NCBI RefSeq assembly: GCF_051860865.1
Contig: NZ_JBIMKZ010000056.1
Span: 1-20,988, forward strand
Length of the DNA stretch: 20,988 nt
Reading direction: 5' to 3'
DNA from: Polymorphobacter sp.
GTDB lineage: Bacteria > Pseudomonadota > Alphaproteobacteria > Sphingomonadales > Sphingomonadaceae
The notes beneath the pieces were generated by a model. It had not been told where the DNA came from and did not search any database. It saw only the letters and a program-made list of their open reading frames with translations. Position 1 is the stretch's first letter; each line of letters begins with the position of its first letter. The translations under genes were made by a program, and so were the position numbers. This document shows, piece by piece, positions 17,020-20,988 of this stretch.

Positions 17020-18201
17020 CTAGGGCGTGGTCAGTGCTCCGGCGATAGCGCCGGCAGCCACCAGTAGCGGCACCAGCCAGGCGCCCTTGACCCGCCAGAC
17101 AACAAGCAAGGCGACGCCGAACAGCGCTCCTGCCACCAGCGGACTGGACACACGCAGCGCCGTCGTCTTCCCAAGTGCAACGAAGGTCTCGGCGATGATA
17201 CCGATCACCGCAGCGGCCACGCCGGTCAGGAAGCGATGCAAGGCTGGATGCTCCACCGCAGCTTCCAGCCGCTCGAAGAAGATCAGTGAGAAGGCAAACG
17301 CCGGCAGGAACATGCCCGCCGTGATCGCCAGCGCTCCGGCCAGGCCGCCGGCGACATAGCCGACGAAGGTGGCGAAGATCACCAGCGGTGCCGGCAGAAC
17401 GCCCGCAAGCGCAATCCCATCGAGGAACGTCGCATCATCGAGCCAGCCGCGCCCGACCGTATCCGCCCGAACATAGGGAATGGCGGTGTAAGCACCGCCG
17501 AAGGTGAGTAGTCCCCCCTTCAGCCCCGCGATGAACAAGGCCACCAACGTGATCGGTCCCCCGGCCGCGACCGGGGCGTCTCCAGCAGCGACACCGGCCA
17601 TCGCCATGGCGGCGCCAGCCGCCAGCACGAGGACAACGCCGACGACCAACGGCCGCGCGGCTGCGGCATGGAGGCCGCCGCCCGCCAGCAGGATGATCCA
17701 GAACGGCACACCCGCCACCGACGCCAGCAACGCGGCCATGGCGATGACGCCCAGCGCCCAGTCCTCGATGACATGCTGGCCGATACGAATGGCGGCCCTC
17801 AGGATCACAGCCAGAACCACGATCTGCACGCCGAGCAATACCGGCGCCAACCGCGGGTCGCCGGCAATCCATTCGACATACAGCCAGGCCGCCGCGAGCA
17901 TCAGCACCAGGCCGGGCAGCATGAAGCCGAGCCCGGCCACCAGCCCGCCGAGGCGACCCCTCGCGATCATCCCCATGTGCACGCACAGTTCATGGGCCTC
18001 GGGGCCCGGCAGCGCCTGCAACACGGCCAGCAGCCGATCGAAGCGAGCCGGATCGATCCAGCGGCCCTCGGCGACCAGCGACTGCCGGAGCATGGCAATC
18101 TGTGCCACCGGCCCTCCAAAGGCCAGCAGCCCGAAACCGAGGAACTTGCCGAACAATGCCCAGAGGCCGAGACGGGGCGGTTCAAAATGCCCTGGCGCCA
18201 T
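17020..18201 (-). CDS. chrA: Chromate ion transporter (CHR family), full-length two-domain type
   Basis: 393 aa, very hydrophobic. The N-terminus LFGKFLGFGLLAFGGPVAQIAMLRQ and an internal repeat ...GGLLTFGGAYTAIPYV... are CHR-family signature motifs. A GGGAGGGGG SD lies upstream. Confidence 0.85.
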   Translation of the reverse strand: MAPGHFEPPRLGLWALFGKFLGFGLLAFGGPVAQIAMLRQSLVAEGRWIDPARFDRLLAVLQALPGPEAHELCVHMGMIARGRLGGLVAGLGFMLPGLVLMLAAAWLYVEWIAGDPRLAPVLLGVQIVVLAVILRAAIRIGQHVIEDWALGVIAMAALLASVAGVPFWIILLAGGGLHAAAARPLVVGVVLVLAAGAAMAMAGVAAGDAPVAAGGPITLVALFIAGLKGGLLTFGGAYTAIPYVRADTVGRGWLDDATFLDGIALAGVLPAPLVIFATFVGYVAGGLAGALAITAGMFLPAFAFSLIFFERLEAAVEHPALHRFLTGVAAAVIGIIAETFVALGKTTALRVSSPLVAGALFGVALLVVWRVKGAWLVPLLVAAGAIAGALTTP

Positions 18202-18218
18202 CGAGCCCCCTCCCGCTG

Positions 18219-18635
18219 CTACAGTCCCAGTCGCGCCACCTCGATCTTGGGGCAGCGATCCACCACCACGTCGAGCCCCGCTGCCACGGCGCGTGCCAAC
18301 GCCTCGTCATTTACCACGCCAAGTTGCGTCCACAAGGCGCCCGCCTTCGCCGCGATCGCCTCTTCGACGATCGCCGGCAGCGCATCGGACCGGCGGAAGA
18401 CATCGACCATGTCCACCGGACCCGCATCGGCCAGCGACGCCAACACCGGCTGCCCCAGCAGCGTCTGGCCGGCAAGCGTCGGATTGACCGGCACCACCTC
18501 ATAGCCCCGCGCCAGCAGGAATTTCATCACGCCATGGGCCGCCCGGCCCGGATTGTCGGAAGCGCCGACCAGCGCGATCCGCTTCACCCGGCCCAGCAGC
18601 CCGGCAATCTCCTCGTCGCTCGTCAACAGGCTCAT
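18219..18635 (-). CDS. CoA-binding domain protein (YccU-like)
   Basis: 138 aa: ...VKRIALVGASDNPGRAAHGVMKFLLARGYEVVPVNP..., a CoA-binding (succinyl-CoA-ligase-like) fold. Its start overlaps the mrp stop (ATGA). Confidence 0.8.
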   Translation of the reverse strand: MSLLTSDEEIAGLLGRVKRIALVGASDNPGRAAHGVMKFLLARGYEVVPVNPTLAGQTLLGQPVLASLADAGPVDMVDVFRRSDALPAIVEEAIAAKAGALWTQLGVVNDEALARAVAAGLDVVVDRCPKIEVARLGL

Positions 18636-19666
18636 AGTCCGAGCACCTCCGCCACACGCACCGCAATTGGCGCAAAAACCTCACCGGCCCGGCCCTGCCC
18701 GGGCCGTCCGGCGTCCGAATCAGTCCGAATACCGATATCGAGCGGCACCCGCCCCAGGAACGGCGCGCCGATACTCGCCGCCTCGGCCTCCGCTCCGCCA
18801 CTGCCGAACGGATCACTGACATTCCCACACGCGGGGCAGGCATAGCCGCTCATATTCTCGATCAGCCCCAGCACCTTGACCCCGACCTCGCCGAACATCG
18901 CCACCGCCCGGCGCGCATCGATCAGCGCCAGATCCTGCGGCGTCGAGACGATCACCGCACCATCGGGCTTCAATTTCTGCGCCAGTGTCAGCTGGATATC
19001 GCCGGTGCCCGGCGGCAGGTCGATCACCAGCACATCAAGCACCCCCCAGTCGCACTGCTCGACCATTTGGACCAACGCCGAACTGGCCATCGGCCCCCGC
19101 CAGACAATAGCCTTCTTCGGATCGGTCATCATTCCCATCGACAGCGCCTTGACGCCGTGCGCCTCGGCCGGCTGTAACCGACTGTTCTCGAGCTGCGCCC
19201 GCCCCTCGATGCCGAGCAGGGTCGGGACCGACGGTCCATAGATATCGGCATCGAGCAGCCCCACGGCCAGCCCCTGCCGCGCCAGCGCCACCGCCAGGTT
19301 GACGGCCACCGTGCTCTTGCCGACGCCGCCCTTGCCGCTGGCCACCGCCAGCAGCTTGCGGATGCCGGGAACCGTCGAGGCCTCGGGCCGGGCGCCGGCG
19401 GGCACCGCCCCACGATCGGCGGTCAGGATGATCCGAGCCGCCTTCGGGCCGGCAACATTATTCACCGCCACTTCGATCGCCGCTTGCAGCCGCTCGGCCT
19501 CGGCACGCGCCAGCCCGTCGACCGACAGCACGAGACCGACCGCCCCGTCTTCCTTGACCACGATCCCGGCAACGCGACCGCTCGACAGCACGTCGCGGCC
19601 TGCACCGCCAACGGCCGGATCGGGAACCCCGCGCAGGGCCTCCGCCACTTTGTCCTTCAGCGTCAC
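18632..19666 (-). CDS. apbC: Fe-S cluster carrier ATPase Mrp/ApbC with N-terminal MIP18-like domain
   Basis: LAVASGKGGVGKSTVAVNLAVALA (deviant Walker A) plus a CPACG motif (C-x-x-C) is typical of Mrp/NBP35. The start is assigned to GTG 19666 (VTLKDKVAEAL...), which has a GGGAGA SD. The 493-aa track ORF is a spurious extension running antisense into hflK. Confidence 0.8.
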   Translation of the reverse strand: MTLKDKVAEALRGVPDPAVGGAGRDVLSSGRVAGIVVKEDGAVGLVLSVDGLARAEAERLQAAIEVAVNNVAGPKAARIILTADRGAVPAGARPEASTVPGIRKLLAVASGKGGVGKSTVAVNLAVALARQGLAVGLLDADIYGPSVPTLLGIEGRAQLENSRLQPAEAHGVKALSMGMMTDPKKAIVWRGPMASSALVQMVEQCDWGVLDVLVIDLPPGTGDIQLTLAQKLKPDGAVIVSTPQDLALIDARRAVAMFGEVGVKVLGLIENMSGYACPACGNVSDPFGSGGAEAEAASIGAPFLGRVPLDIGIRTDSDAGRPGQGRAGEVFAPIAVRVAEVLGL

Positions 19667-19790
19667 GCCCCGTCTCCCGATTGCCGCCCGCGCGCTGCCG
19701 GGGGCCCAATTGTCGCGCCCTCGCAATCCGGGCGAGAGCGCGTATATATGGTTACAGACACTTTTGACGAGACACGGAACCCCCTTTCCC

Positions 19791-20912
19791 ATGCCCTGGC
19801 AGAACAATAACGACGATAGCCCGAACAAAGGGCCTTGGGGCGAACGCGAGAGCGGCGGTCCCAAATCGGAAGGCAACAAGCCGGAAGGGCCGCGCAGCCC
19901 GTGGGGCGACGGCCCCCAGCGCCGTCCCACCGGCCCCCGCCCAACCGGCAACAAGGATTTCGATGACATCATCCGGCGCGGGCAGGAGAAGCTTCGCGCC
20001 TCGCTTCCCGGCGGTGGCGGCGGCGGCAACAGCCCATTCGGCGGCGGCGGCGGCGGCGGCGGCCTTGAAGCGCTTGGCGGCAAAGGCGCACTCTGGGCGG
20101 CGGTGGCCATCATCGGCGCCTGGCTGGTGTTCAGCAGCTTCTACCGGGTCAACCCGCAGGAGCGCGGCGTCGTCACCCGCTTCGGCAGCTATGTCGCCAC
20201 CACCGAGCCGGGTCTGCATTTCAAATTCCCGTTCCCGATCGACGCCGTGACGCTCCGCAAGGTCGAGCAGATCAACTCAATCGACATCGGCGCCACCGAC
20301 GGCAACGCCGAGAACCTGATGATCACCGGCGACCAGAACATCATCACGCTCGCCTATGCCGTCCGCTGGAAGATCCGCAATCCCGAGCAGTTCCTGTTCA
20401 CCCTCGCCAACCCGGAGCAGACAGTCCGCGAAGTCGGTGAGTCGGCCATGCGCGCCGAAATATCGCGCGCCGCGCTGACCGACGCGATCGGCCCGCAACG
20501 CGCCCAGATCGCCGAGCAGGTCCGCGAGCGGATGCAGGACACGCTGGACAGCTATCGCAGCGGCATCGATGTCCGCGGCGTCGACATCAAGCAGGCCGAT
20601 CCGCCGGCCGCTGTCGACGACGCGTTCAAGGACGTGTCCGCTGCGCAGCAGGATGCCCAGCAGTATCTCAACCAATCCCGCGCCTATGCCCAGCAGCTGC
20701 TGGCGGCCGCCCAGGGTGCGTCGGCAGCATTCGATGCGGTCTACGTCCAGTATCGCCTGTCGCCGGAAGTTACGCGCAAGCGCATGTATCTGGAAACGAT
20801 GGAAAGCGTGCTGTCCAAGGTCGACAAGACGGTGATCGAGCCTGGCTCCGTAAACACCTATCTTCCGCTCCAGGAAATCAAGAAGCGCGCGCCCGCCGCG
20901 CCTGCCCAATAG
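19791..20912 (+). CDS. hflK: FtsH protease modulator HflK (SPFH/band-7)
   Basis: MPWQNNNDDSPNKGPWGE... parallels E. coli HflK MAWNQPGNNGQDRDPWG. A Gly-rich linker and a TM helix follow, then an SPFH domain. The start is the internal ATG of the long track ORF. Confidence 0.9.
   Translation: MPWQNNNDDSPNKGPWGERESGGPKSEGNKPEGPRSPWGDGPQRRPTGPRPTGNKDFDDIIRRGQEKLRASLPGGGGGGNSPFGGGGGGGGLEALGGKGALWAAVAIIGAWLVFSSFYRVNPQERGVVTRFGSYVATTEPGLHFKFPFPIDAVTLRKVEQINSIDIGATDGNAENLMITGDQNIITLAYAVRWKIRNPEQFLFTLANPEQTVREVGESAMRAEISRAALTDAIGPQRAQIAEQVRERMQDTLDSYRSGIDVRGVDIKQADPPAAVDDAFKDVSAAQQDAQQYLNQSRAYAQQLLAAAQGASAAFDAVYVQYRLSPEVTRKRMYLETMESVLSKVDKTVIEPGSVNTYLPLQEIKKRAPAAPAQ
20009..20061 (+). repeat. (GGC)n trinucleotide tracts encoding poly-Gly linker of HflK
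   Basis: GGCGGTGGCGGCGGCGGC ... (GGC)7 encodes GGGGGG...GGGGGGG. Confidence 0.8.
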
Positions 20913-20921
20913 GTCCTCGCC

Positions 20922-20988
20922 ATGCCAATCGCCAGAAATCCGTTGCTGTGGGCGGCCTTCGCGTTCGCCATCATTGTCGTGCTGATGG
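20922..20988 (+). CDS. hflC: HflC, N-terminal fragment (continues beyond window end)
   Basis: MPIARNPLLWAAFAFAIIVVLM is an N-terminal TM anchor, and the gene sits immediately downstream of hflK in the conserved hflKC arrangement. Confidence 0.6.
   Translation, partial: MPIARNPLLWAAFAFAIIVVLM

Noticed and set aside
17504-18504. 327/278-aa plus-strand ORFs
   Set aside because: They are antisense to chrA and the CoA-binding gene. They are P/A/S/R-rich low-complexity translations.
19299-19790. N-terminal extension of the hflK ORF (track start 19299)
   Set aside because: It overlaps the mrp gene on the opposite strand. The conserved HflK N-terminus (MPWQNN...PWG) begins at ATG 19791.
18632-20113. 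493-aa minus-strand ORF with a Pro-rich N-terminus
   Set aside because: Only the C-terminal 345 aa (from GTG 19666, with an SD) is Mrp/ApbC. The upstream part runs antisense across the hflK start and its (GGC)n tract, which yields the poly-Pro, and is not a real N-terminal domain.
1-20988. CRISPR arrays, IS elements, integrases, toxin-antitoxin or phage-defence-like genes
   Set aside because: I searched by eye for regularly spaced direct repeats, terminal inverted repeats and transposase/integrase/nuclease-like translations in all frames and found none. The tRNA-flanked DGC region lacks integrase or direct-repeat hallmarks of an island.

Overview
High-GC (alphaproteobacterial-like, plausibly sphingomonad) chromosomal window, mostly core housekeeping genes. 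Minus strand at the left end: 5' part of rpoB, then rplL, rplJ, rplA, rplK, nusG, secE and tRNA-Trp, with recognisable attenuator/terminator hairpins and a long rplJ leader. Then a divergent tRNA-Gly(UCC), a GGDEF diguanylate cyclase sitting between tRNA-Gly and tRNA-Tyr, a secreted tandem-repeat (PRC-barrel-like) protein, a TrmH-family RNA methyltransferase, and an SDR + plant-type gshA pair. After that an orphan TadE-like/TadG-like gene pair behind an AT-rich promoter region, rsmE divergent from ubiA, and pmbA + an inositol-monophosphatase-family gene. A minus-strand block follows of mrp/apbC, a CoA-binding protein, chrA (chromate transporter), an ArsR-family regulator and an SRPBCC/AHSA1-like protein, with two near-identical palindromic operator-like sites in front of the ArsR gene. 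The window ends with hflK and the start of hflC. Several long ORFs in the six-frame track are antisense or out-of-frame artefacts of the high GC content and are rejected. I found no CRISPR, no obvious mobile element and no toxin/defence-like genes. The most unusual content is the orphan Tad-like pair with a Cys-rich secreted-looking C-terminal domain, the ArsR–SRPBCC module with dual operators next to chrA, and a GGDEF gene inserted between two tRNAs.
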